Shown here in pieces: positions 22,770 through 33,713 of a DNA stretch of 64,000 nt (position 1 is its first letter; each line of letters starts with the position of its first letter). A program made the position numbers and the translations under genes. The DNA comes from Oculina patagonica. Its lineage: Eukaryota. The notes beneath the pieces were generated by a model. It worked only from the letters and a program-made list of their open reading frames with translations. It ran no database searches and was not told the DNA's origin. The stretch covers positions 15,252,001-15,316,000 of the forward strand of contig NC_135762.1 of assembly GCF_052425735.1 (NCBI RefSeq), written 5' to 3'.

Positions 22770-23219
22770 ATGAGTTGGAGTTCGCAGCAACGAACAAGAC
22801 TCGGGTTGGAGAAAGATATTTTAGACAGCAAGTTAAAGAACGTGTCGTGGATTAATCCCACATCGGCTGGAAACACCCGAGTCGAATGGCGAGTGAACAC
22901 AAACAACGACAACAGCTACACGCTTCGTGTCTACCTCTCGGCGAATTTTCCAAATGAATGCCCGATACTGGTTGTAAGCTCTCCTTCATCTCCTCTGAGG
23001 AAAAAGAATGGATCTCTTCTCGACAGTACGGACGGGAGTGATCATGTTTATGGAAGCATCGATGGCTTGACACAAATTTGCCACTTCAATAAAAGCAAGT
23101 GGACGAGCGAAAATACCGTCTACCAAGTCCTTATGAAAGGGCGCATCTGGCTGGAAGCTTACGAAATTCATCGGCGTACTGGGGAATATCTGGAGAAATA
23201 TCTGGCGCACATGCAGTGA
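22770..23219 (+). CDS. Divergent E2/UBC-fold conjugating enzyme (149 aa)
   Basis: N-terminal helix RLGLEKDIL, LRVYLSANFPNECPILVV (FPxxxP), HVYGSIDGLTQICH (Cys at the UBC active-site position) and WTSENTVYQVL (conserved Trp). Intronless. Confidence 0.8.
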   Translation: MSWSSQQRTRLGLEKDILDSKLKNVSWINPTSAGNTRVEWRVNTNNDNSYTLRVYLSANFPNECPILVVSSPSSPLRKKNGSLLDSTDGSDHVYGSIDGLTQICHFNKSKWTSENTVYQVLMKGRIWLEAYEIHRRTGEYLEKYLAHMQ

Positions 23220-25011
23220 ATTAAGACTGAACGATCATCCAGCTGATTTTGGTGGATAAAAATATAGTTTTGCAAGCAGTAGTTCCATCACGAAGGACAT
23301 TTAATAATGTAAGGAGACATTGACTTATAGAACTGAGTAACAAGTTATTTCTGATCATGTCCGATGTGAGTGTAGTACGAAATTGAGGTTGTTGTAGTAA
23401 TTATTTAACTTTTAAAAGTAATGTTCTGGATGTCGGCAGTGGTAACCACAATGCCGTCACATCGAAATATGCGCCATTTATGATTTATTGGCAAGTGATT
23501 AAGAGCCTGCTTTTTTAGTCTAGATGTGCTTACGTATTTAGTAGTCAAAGTACTAAACGATGACCTAAATGGAAAATTTACATTTTCATCAAGTTGTATT
23601 TTAAGGTCTTTTAACTTGGTACCTGCATATCTTGCTTTAAAGCATAAGGCAAAAGAGAAAAATTGTACTAACAATTAAATTTCCGTGTCATACAAATTTA
23701 TAACATCGCAATAAATCAAAGCATTTTCTCGGAAGGTGGTTGTTTTTCTCTACATTTTTCTCAGAAGACTTTGAAGGGTCACTTTAACCTCACTGCATGG
23801 GGCAGGCTTGTAACGCAAAAACATGAATTCCAATCAATAATATTTCTTATTGGCAGGAAAAAAGGAGAAATGGTTTCAAATGCGACTACTATAATGTTTT
23901 CTTTTTATAAACCTTTGGGCAGTGGCACAAGATTGCTACATTCTCTGTCCCCTAATAGTGGCATCAAGCTTGATAAAGCTGAATCAATCATACTTTTTAT
24001 CTGATCAACAGCATTTGGTACTAGCATGTTCCAAATTCAAGGAAAATTCTAGCAGTGTATAATTTTATAGTTTTGTTTACGGATAGATCACGCACTTGAA
24101 TTGCTATAGCCTTTTGTTTATGTGAAAACAATTTACGATTTTCTTTCTTGGAAATACGCGAGTTTTCAACTACATTAGCACCATATGTTTGATGAGTTTT
24201 TTTCACACGCCGGATTCTTTCATTCAGGAGTTTGCCTGTAAGACAAGAGCGCATACGCAAAATACGACATCTATTGAGCTTAATCGGCCTTAGAACACAC
24301 TCGAGATCAATAAATTCTGCATTTACTAGCGAATACATTTTACTGTTAAATGAATACATTTTTGTGGTGACAACGCGCATAGGTCAATAACTGAATTCGG
24401 GAATGTGACCCTTTCTTTATAGTTTACAACTAAATCGTTCCAACATGGAAAGTATAAGTTACTCCTCCCCACGCAGGTTTGTTAACAACTAGTCAGTACT
24501 TCAGTTTATGGATATTAACGGCTCGTCTTAGAAAAGTTATGGATAAAATATTTACAATATAATTCTCAAGGGGGTATCATAGTTTTCTTGTAAGACACAC
24601 AACATACCTTTCGGTTCGTTTTAGAGAAATTGCTCGCGTTGCTTACTACCAGGCAGTTGATAATAATACAATTTTACAATCGAACTTGCAATCCTCGCAG
24701 TTTCGGACAGCTATAAAGTAATTAGTTGTGTCGCCTCGACTAATCGCAAATTATAATAACAAGTGAGTGACTACAAAAAACAAAGACAACTTCCTGAATT
24801 GGAACATCACGGCAAATACAGGCGGCCAGTCAGTGTAAGGAAGAGCGGCTGATAATGGAGCTAACGTTTAAAATGTACAATCCTCCTCGATCCTGTCTGT
24901 CGAGCCAACTTTGCCCATCTCTGCGATCTCAATTTCTTGCAGACCAAACATCTTCCAGGAACGGTAATAAAAACTCCAAATCCGTCGGACTCCGCAAGGG
25001 CAAGAGCATTG

Positions 25012-25618
25012 TCATCGTCTAAAGAAGCTAGAACTGCCTGATCTGGATTAACTTGGGGTCGAAACAATTTTCACTTTGTTTGCATTTCTCTGAGCTTCTC
25101 GTCTGCTCATGACCTCCATCTTTACCATAGAAAGGATCATAACTAAGACAAAGCCCGGGTATTGCTTGGGATTTTTAGAAAACTCCTTCACTGATGGATA
25201 GGAGTGCTTCTGGGACACAGCGTTAACGTTTCGAGAAGGGGCCGCGTTTAAGTTTCGTCGAGGGGTGGCATTCAATTTTCGAGGAGGGTCAACGTTGTTG
25301 TTTCGTGGAGGGCTGAGGTTATACCTTCTAGAAGGGACAACGTTAATGTTACCAGGAAATACGGCGTTTACTATAAAGTTTTGTTGAGAGATCGAGATAA
25401 AGCTATTCCAGGAGCCACGCCGTCAGGGTTTCCTAGAGGCGCGGGGAAGACGTTTTCAAGAGGAACGGCGAAGCTGTTCACAGGAGGAACGGCAGTGAAG
25501 TTTTCGGGTGCCGCGACTTTCAAGCTTTCAAGAGGGTGACAGCAAAGTGTCCACATGGATGGGCGAAATAGTTTCCAGAAGGAACGGCGATAAAGTTACC
25601 GGACGGGACGGCCCACAT
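25012..25618 (-). pseudogene. P9: degenerate paralog of P8
   Basis: Starts MWAVPSGNFIAVPSGN (Gly2 lost), has frameshifts in the repeat region and ends KVKIVSTPS*SRSGSSSFFRR* with a premature TAA at 25048-25050. Confidence 0.75.
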
Positions 25619-26780
25619 TTTCTAATATAACGACGTTTCACAAGTGAAATTGTTACCAAACGACAAAGACCTAAACTTTCCTCAGGTAACAGATTCAGCT
25701 AACATTGCTGAGTACTTTCCGATGTATATTTATCTCTACTGGTCAGCGGTACGAAAGTAACTGAGTCTACAGTCTCCATGATCGATCAGCGGTACATGTA
25801 ATCTCGTTCCCATTGCCCGCGCCCCACTTGACCAGCGGTGGCGCTTCCTGACCCCTTGTTGATGGGGACGCGGGCTCTGGAAACGAAATTACGGTACGTG
25901 TAGAAATCTGCTGGTCCCGCGAATAAAACATCTGCTCTTGACTAAAAATTTGATTGAGGAAGTATTATTTGTCTAATTATTAACAGAAAAGAAAATTCAT
26001 TACAAGGAAAAATTAAAGGGATGATGACATGAAAGTTTTGCTTTGAACTCAGAGCTTATCAATAATTGCTTACTAACTTATATAACCACAACATAGCAAT
26101 GATTACAATAAGTTTTCTTTCGTTCTAACGTTGAGTTATCAGCTGGTTAGTCATTTCGATATCATTGAATGATTTATGACTAATCTACAGAGCAAAGGAT
26201 TTTCGATGATACATTTGTGATCAATTTTATTTAACACCATTATTTAACTGAAATGGTAACGGGAGTCGTGCATGGTTTTTGCACTCACTTCGACATGGAA
26301 ATGAACTTGGATAATTTTATCAGTTTTTGTATTTTCGAAAAGTTACAAATGATCCTAAAAGTGCCACGTCTAAATAATTCTTTAGGTTATAGTGGTCCCT
26401 GAAAATTCATTAAAAGAACATATAATTTGCTACACGAGAAGTTTTACACTGTTTAATTTTTGTCAAATTTGAGCTCTGACCATGTTAGAAACCGAAAGTT
26501 CACGGCAGTCCTGCTAGTTTGAAATTAGGTTACTGCAAAGTTTACTTGTGCATTACGTTGAATATTGTATTTGTATTTTTTTTATACTTCCGTTGTATGA
26601 CTTAAAAATATGCAACTATATGGCATATTATAAGTTGCATTGCTAGCTAGGTGAGTTCGAACACTGAACTTCAGTGATTGAAACCGAAAGTACAAAAAGC
26701 TGAGTCAGTATTCCTCTTAATGCAGGTAACCAACAAACATCTCTTCTCAGTGAAAACCAGACAACCACAGTTCTGTCTTG

Positions 26781-27212
26781 CTAGCCGAGCCAGATTAGTC
26801 CTTCCCTCTGATATCGATGGCGATCCGCTTTATTGCAGATTCCAAGTTGTCCACTTGTAACGTCGAAATATAAAAGCCTTTCGGTTGAACTTCCTTGCAA
26901 ATATTCCAAGATCGTGTCTTCGTTAGACGTTTGCCGGAAGAACCCAGAGTTATCTGAACGGTCGGATTCACTTGAACTAGAAACGATTTTAACCTGTGCC
27001 CCGCTAGTGCGCGCTTCTAGTCTAGTCATAATCTCCATTTTTCCCGTAGCAAGGACCAAGACCAACACGAAGCCGGGATAACGATCTGGGTTGTTTGAGA
27101 ACTCGCTTACGGATGGACGGCTGCTCCGTTGAGAAGTTCTACTGTTTTGAGGACGAACGACTTCGGCGTTTAAATGTCGAGGAACGCGGCGTGTACTTTC
27201 TTCTGCCCCCAT
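26781..27212 (-). CDS. FF-tail family protein P10 (143 aa) with two tandem core domains
   Basis: ATG at 27212 (MGAEES). Core 1 is FVLVLVLATGKMEI...SDNSGFFRQ; core 2 is TILEYLQGSSTERLLYFDVTSGQLGI.... Confidence 0.7.
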   Translation of the reverse strand: MGAEESTRRVPRHLNAEVVRPQNSRTSQRSSRPSVSEFSNNPDRYPGFVLVLVLATGKMEIMTRLEARTSGAQVKIVSSSSESDRSDNSGFFRQTSNEDTILEYLQGSSTERLLYFDVTSGQLGICNKADRHRYQREGLIWLG

Positions 27213-28517
27213 TTCAGTTATCAATCGAAGAATTCGGATATAAGGCTCTCAAAATTTCTTCAGTGGTATTGTTGATAAATAGAGCTGACTTGCTTCTGAA
27301 GATGGATACCGAAAGATGATATGATGACATAATAACATGCAAATTCCTGGAACTGTCTTCTTCGCTGTTGTTGGTCAGCGGAAGTGGTAATCGCTTTTCC
27401 GGGAATCGTTGAAAAGAGGAAGTTGCTTGTCCCCAGTTCTACCGATGAGACAATTAATTTACGAGGGATGAAATATCTCTCTTTTCTCTGCTTGCTTTCC
27501 ATTGATGTTAGCAACAGTTCTCTCTCCACAGACGACTGTGAACAAATCAGAAGCGGAAGTGAGTCGGGTCCCAGTTTGAGTTCCGGTAACACTTGTTAAA
27601 GTCGCGGGGATCACCTTCGGCTCATCATTATATTTATTTAAAGCGTATGCACGAATGGCAACGACTGACATCGACACATTTCAAAATATTCATGACTGGA
27701 TAAAAATGTGAGTGCTTGCGCTTGATTTGATGTGTTCGCGTATGGTGCGTGTTGTGTTCGTGTAATGGTGGGAAGGGGTGTGGCACGGATTGTGATCGCT
27801 TTTAAATGTTACAATGTCAGAGCTCTTTTCATTCAAAACTCAATATAAAGTGTATCTTGCATCTTTCGTTTATATTTCGTACTAGTCTTTTTTAACTTCC
27901 CGGTTGTATTCTCTTTTGTGGTTCAAGCGAGGATTCCTCGCTTGAAGGAGGAAGTTAAACACAGGTGAAATGCACTTAAAACACACGAAATTTTAATCCC
28001 TCAATTGGCAAGAAATTCAAAGTATCCCTTCGTTCCATTAATTTTCCTTTATCCAGCAATTTTAAGTAAGTAGTAAAACATGACCTGTTTGAAGCCAATC
28101 AAAATGCGTAGCCATCAGTGTCCTATCCTATACCCTGCCATAAAAAAAGCGAAAAAAAAAAATAAACAGGAATAAACAGGAAATCACAATTTAGGTAAGC
28201 TGTCCATCACAACATACGTGCCATGGCAACATCTCGAGCTCGTCGGATTGTTGGTAGCTATAGTGTATTGAAAGGGCAACATATAAATCGCGTTAATTTT
28301 TGTTTATTTTGATAACCTGACTGCTCGAATAGGTCATATGAATCTCTTCGTCCCACCGTCCTTCTAGTTATTCCAGCATTTTTCTGAGAGCTTGCTTTAG
28401 TCTAACAGTTCTTTTTATTTTTCTTTCTTTCAAAAATGATGATTCCAGTAACGCAAGGCACCTTTAAGCAGCAAGATTGTCACACTAGACGTGCCTGACT
28501 CGTCCCAGTCGTCTCTA

Positions 28518-28936
28518 ACCGTATTTACTCGAATAAGCGCCGCGGCGCTTAATAAATTTTTCGTGCCTCAAGTGCGGCGCTTATTCGAGGGCGGCGCTTT
28601 TTTGAGGGCGGCGCTTATTTAAAAATTGGACGCCACAAACAATCTTATCTAGGCGAAACTTCTACTGTAACTAAAGAAGGATCTTTTGACTGTCAGTATT
28701 CGTCTCTTACGGGAGAGAATTGTTGCGCTTGAAAAAGTTCACGGCCTTCACAACGTTAACAGAACTACGTATATTGTAAGAATTTTGGATAGAAAATAAT
28801 AAATGGCGAGCGGTAAAATAATAAATTTGAACTGCAAATCATCGCTTTTGATGAAAAGGAATTTCCAAGGCTGTTTTAGATTTGCTTTGTAGTACGGTGC
28901 TTATTTGGGGGCGGCGCTTATTCGAGTAAATACGGT
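28518..28936. mobile_element. MITE nested in a second short inverted-repeat element (~28495-29009)
   Basis: ACCGTATTTACTCGAATAAGCGCCGC...GCGGCGCTTATTCGAGTAAATACGGT; outer ends CTGACTCGTCCCAGTCGTCT/AGACGACTGGGGACGAGTCAG. Confidence 0.7.
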
Positions 28937-29135
28937 ATGCGAAAATTGATCCTCCGTGTTCAGCAGTCGACGCAAGACGGACTCAAAAGACGACTGGGGA
29001 CGAGTCAGCTGGATGTGGCAACCATTGAAGGCTGCTGACCTATAACTTTTTCGAGTTAATGTTAATTCTCCTCACTGCTTATAACTGTCACCGCCCTGCG
29101 AAGATAGAAACGTTTTCATCACGCCAATGATAACC

Positions 29136-29204
29136 ATGGACATTCAGCCAGTTCTTCCGGAATACGAGAACAGGGATCCGGGGAGTCAAAATGATTTTGT
29201 GAAG
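29136..29204 (+). other. Extra caveolin first exon (alternative or orphan)
   Basis: MDIQPVLPEYENRDPGSQNDFVK followed by a GT donor. Duplicate of 30740-30808 with no second exon of its own. Confidence 0.7.
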
Positions 29205-30739
29205 GTACAAACGAATGAACTTAAATCGATTTTGAACTTGTCGTCTGTGTAAGGGGATCTGTGACATAGCTCGTGCGCTGAACTCTGCCTAGGCAGTTAT
29301 GTAGTTAATTGGTTTTGACATAGCCTGCGTAGCAGGCGCCGTAGTTTCGAGCGTACGTATGGGAAACGCGAAAGGCGCGAGTGGTTAAAATGCGTTAAAA
29401 ACGTAAACAAACGCCTGCTACGCAGGCTAGTTTTAACAAGGAACGAATGCAAACTTTAAACCTATCGTTTATAATTCCCAGTAAATTACTGGATTTTTCC
29501 ATCGCATCTCACCAGCCTTGTCTCGCGTTAGTGCCTTGTGATAAGTAGAAAGTGATGGGAATCGAATCGTCGTTGTAAGCCATTTTTGAAGTATTTTGAG
29601 AGGGTAGGAACGATATTTTAGAAATGCAGATTGTTTCTGTGAGAATCCGTTTGACGTTTTATCAGAGCATGATTTTCTGACTACTTGCAATACGGAAATT
29701 CAAGATAGGTAGGTTTGGTCGAGCGGACTGTGTCAAATGGATCTGCGCTGGTCAATGGTTTTCCCGTTTATATATTATTCAGTTTGTGTTGCCATCTGAG
29801 CTCTTTAAAAATCTTTGTGTTTATTTTTGACTTGTTCGCCTATCGTTTTTACTTGACTTCATCAAAATTTTAAATTCAAAATTGTTAACCCTATAAAGCT
29901 GTTCCTTTCACATTTGAGACAACCTAACTCGATGTAATCTCAAATGTTATGGAAACGAACAGTTTCCGCACTACACAAAATGGCCGTCATGTGATAAAGC
30001 AGTAAACTAAAACAGAAGATTTCAGTTAACTGAAACGTGTGTCAGCTGAGCTGTCATTGTGTATGGTGCTGATTCTGTCCTTAAAGGACTGCGTATGATC
30101 TGTCACGTTTCCTACAAAGCAACCAATCATTTTGTCTCAGATTCAGATTAACTTCATATTCTAATTTTAAAAAATAACCTAAAAATCTCCAATTCTTCTT
30201 ACTTCTCTAAATTTAACTAATCCTTTAAGAAAAACTATCTCCTCTCAAAATCTCCAAAAATCACCCAAATACTTACACAACACCCCTAAACATAGACTTA
30301 TTGGACGAGCATAGGGTTTTTGCATTGTTTAAAAAGCGAACGAGATATTTCCAAAAAACTCATGAAAAGCGGCAGAAAAAAACCTTTATGTTAAGTCCCG
30401 CCTTGTGCTCAAAATATATGTCAATCCATTCGTCCCTCAACCAGATACTACAACAGGATACTACGATCGAACGACAATTACACAAATTATTTTCTGCGTT
30501 TTCCTAAAAGCTTGCTTTAGTCTTTGTTCTTTCTTCCTTTTTTTTCCTTTTTCGAAATTATGATTCCAACGTGAGGCACCTCACGTCCTGGGAGCAGCTA
30601 GATTGTCACACTAGACGTGGTATTCATCGAAAGGTGCTGACCATTAACGCGCGCTGCTTAAAACTTGCTAAAACTGTCACAGGACCTTACAACATCACTG
30701 TGCGCAGTTAGAAACGTTATTATCACGCCAATGATAACC

Positions 30740-33713
30740 ATGGACAGCCAGCCATCGCTCCCGGAATTTGAGAACAGGGATCCGGGGAGTCAAAATGATT
30801 TTGTGAAGGTACGAACGAATGAACTTTACTCTATTTTGAACTTATAGTCCGTGAGAGGATCTGTGACATAGCTCGTGCGCTGAACTCTGCCTAAGCAGTT
30901 CTATAGCTAATTGGTTTTGACAAGGAACGAAAGCAAACTTTAAAGCGAACGTTTATAAATTCCCAGTAAATTACTGGATTTATCCATCGCATCTCACCAG
31001 CCTTGTCTTGCGTTAGTAGAAAGTGATGGAAATCGAATCTGTCGTTGTAAGCCATTTTTGAGTTTTTTTTAGAGGGTAGGTTCGGAGTGTGAGAATCCTT
31101 TCAACGTTTTATCAGCACATGATTTTCTGGCTACTTGAAATACGGACATTCAGGGTAGTTTTGGTTGAGTGGGCTGCGTCAAATGGATTTGCGCTGGCCT
31201 ATTTGGGGATATTTTCCCGTTTATTGTTCAGTTCGTGTTTTCATCCGAGCTCTAGTTACGTTTAGTGCTTTACGTTCATTCTCGACCTTTTGGCCTATAG
31301 AGCGTTTTTTCCTGGCGTCAATAAAATTCTAAATACAAAACTATTTAAAGCTGTTCAAAACAGTTCTTTTGGCGTATTCTAGACATACATCAGTGTCTAA
31401 TTGCTGGGGAAACAGTATATGCCATAAGAGTGTTTTGTTTTGGAAATAAGGAATTTTAAAATTCGAGACAACCTAATTCAACATGATCTCAAATTTTACA
31501 GAAACCAATATTTCTGAGCACTTATCAGATAATTATGCTAATTATAATAAGTTTAATGAGTTAAGTATTTTGATGTGCAACCTTGAACGCATAAGTTTGG
31601 TTAGCAAAATCTTCCTTCCCAGTTCACGAAGACAGTTTTGGTCGCCGTATTAGTGTACCAAAGTGAAACCGGCAATATTGTGTACCCATACAAAACTCTG
31701 TGATTACCGAATTTTGTTTTCCCTATTACTTGGCTAACGTAATCTCAAATGTTATAGACAGTTTCCGCACTACACAAATGGCCGTCATGTGATAAAGCAG
31801 TGAAACTAAAACAGAAGATTTGAGTTAACTGAAACGTGTGTCAGCACGTGTCCTTAAAGGATTGCATATGATCTGTCACGTTTCCTACACAGCAACCAAT
31901 CATTTTGTCTCAGATTGGAATGAGGGGGACAGTGAGGGGTGCTGAACACCGCATTACCGCAAAAAAAAAAAAAAAAAAAATCAGTTAATATCGCAATACC
32001 GCAAACAAATTTGGCAAATAATGCAATTTCACAGTAAGCTTGCATATTTGGCAAAATTGTCGACGTGATGGCAAAAAGCGAGGCAAAAACGAGCGTTGGG
32101 ACCGTGAAAACAATGACACGACATTAAACTGATTGTTGAGACAGTGAATTTTGCATAAAAAAATGTTTGACAAAATAAGGCTGTTTCAGCTTGCTTACGA
32201 AACGACCAGAAACGGATAAAAATGGTCGGGAAAATGTGAAGGATAAGATTCTATACCGATCCCGCAGGTTCAAGATTAAAATTACCGAAATACCGCATGA
32301 AAAATTGGCGAATACCGCAAACCCTAATATCCCCCTCAAAATACCTGAAATGCTTTTCAATTATATGCTAAGATATAAGACTCACTGAGTGATAACAAAA
32401 CTACTCCAAAGTGCAACGCATGACTTTCTTCACGAAATCAAATTTGGCCAAAAACTTGGCTGTAGGGAGAGCTGCCAAGTTAACATTTGGGGAATAACAT
32501 ACGCTTCACCTACCCAACAGTTTTTGATGCAAGCAAAACGAGTAAGCTGGCTTTAATATCGACGTAAAAAGGCACAATAATAGGTAAAACATTAGCAATG
32601 ATCAATAAACGTGCAAAGCACTTACACAATAAATAAAGTCATGATTAACGGCATGTTGTAGAACAAGTTGGTCACAAATTCAAACTGCATAAAAATGTGA
32701 ACAGTCGCACGTGCGAAGCTAATTGAAAAAGACACGTGATACAATAACAGTCTTGGATGTAACAAAACGAGATGTAACGCAATCTTGGTTACAAAGAGGG
32801 AAACCACGGTTGTCTAAGCAAGATTGAGTACGAATACGAGTTTTCACTGAAACCAAATTCGTGTACCTCCTAAAATCTTATCACACCAATCTTATCCATA
32901 ACGTTTATTTATGTGTTAGTCAGCAACAAGAAAGTCTCAAAATTCGAGGGACACAGTTGTCTCGAAATTCCAAAGTCGTACTCCAACTCGATCTCGTACT
33001 AATCTCAAATCTAAAAGTTGTTTATATCTTAGTGAAAGAACCTTTTTTCCTCGCAATTTTTTTAATAATGTTAGAAATATGAGGAAGTAATGAGTTTAAA
33101 GTCATTATAAAGGTGGTGGTTAAGCGTTTTTTCGTGTTCCGTGTAATTAAGTAAACGTAAAAGACTTTTTTCCCGTGAATATGAACGTAATATAAAACCG
33201 CTAGTATGTCGTTACAAAGCCGTCAGTTCACAGCTCCTGTTAATGCCTATTACAAACTTCCTTTAAAAATGAGTCTAAGAAGGCATTTTGAATTACTTGT
33301 AACACCTTTCATGTTTTTCTCTTTTAACATAGTACGACTTTGCGTTATATTCTCTACAGGTTGCTTATTCAGATGTTATCTGCGAGCCATCAGCAGTCCA
33401 AAGCCCTCAATGCTCTTACCAGTTCATCAAAATCATCTATGATTACACCCTCTATATCACGTACTCGGTTCTGACGATTGTATTTGGCGGCCTTCTGTCC
33501 TTTCTGTACGCTTTGTCCTGTGGAACGTTGAGCTTCTTCATGATTTGGGTGGCTACTCCGTTTCTCCGTTTCTGGCTTATTCCGCTGGGGCTTGCTGGGA
33601 AGTTCTGGATCGCCATTGTGAAGTGCTGTTGCGATCCCTATTTCGAGTCATGCGGAAGGATTTTCTCAAACATCAACATGAACATTAATCACCGTACTAT
33701 TCAAAATGTGTAG
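30740..33713 (+). CDS. Caveolin family protein B (2 exons: 30740-30808 and 33360-33713; 140 aa)
   Basis: MDSQPSLPEFENRDPGSQNDFVK|VAYSDVICEPSAVQSPQC...DPYFESCGRIFSNINMNINHRTIQNV*. Same exon sizes as caveolin A (69 + 354 nt). Confidence 0.88.

Noticed and set aside
2976-23219. Bacterial symbiont contamination as the source of the E1/E2/JAB genes
   Set aside because: The genes are contiguous with spliced caveolins, eukaryotic transposons and microsatellites, are widely spaced on both strands, and encode eukaryotic lipidation signals.
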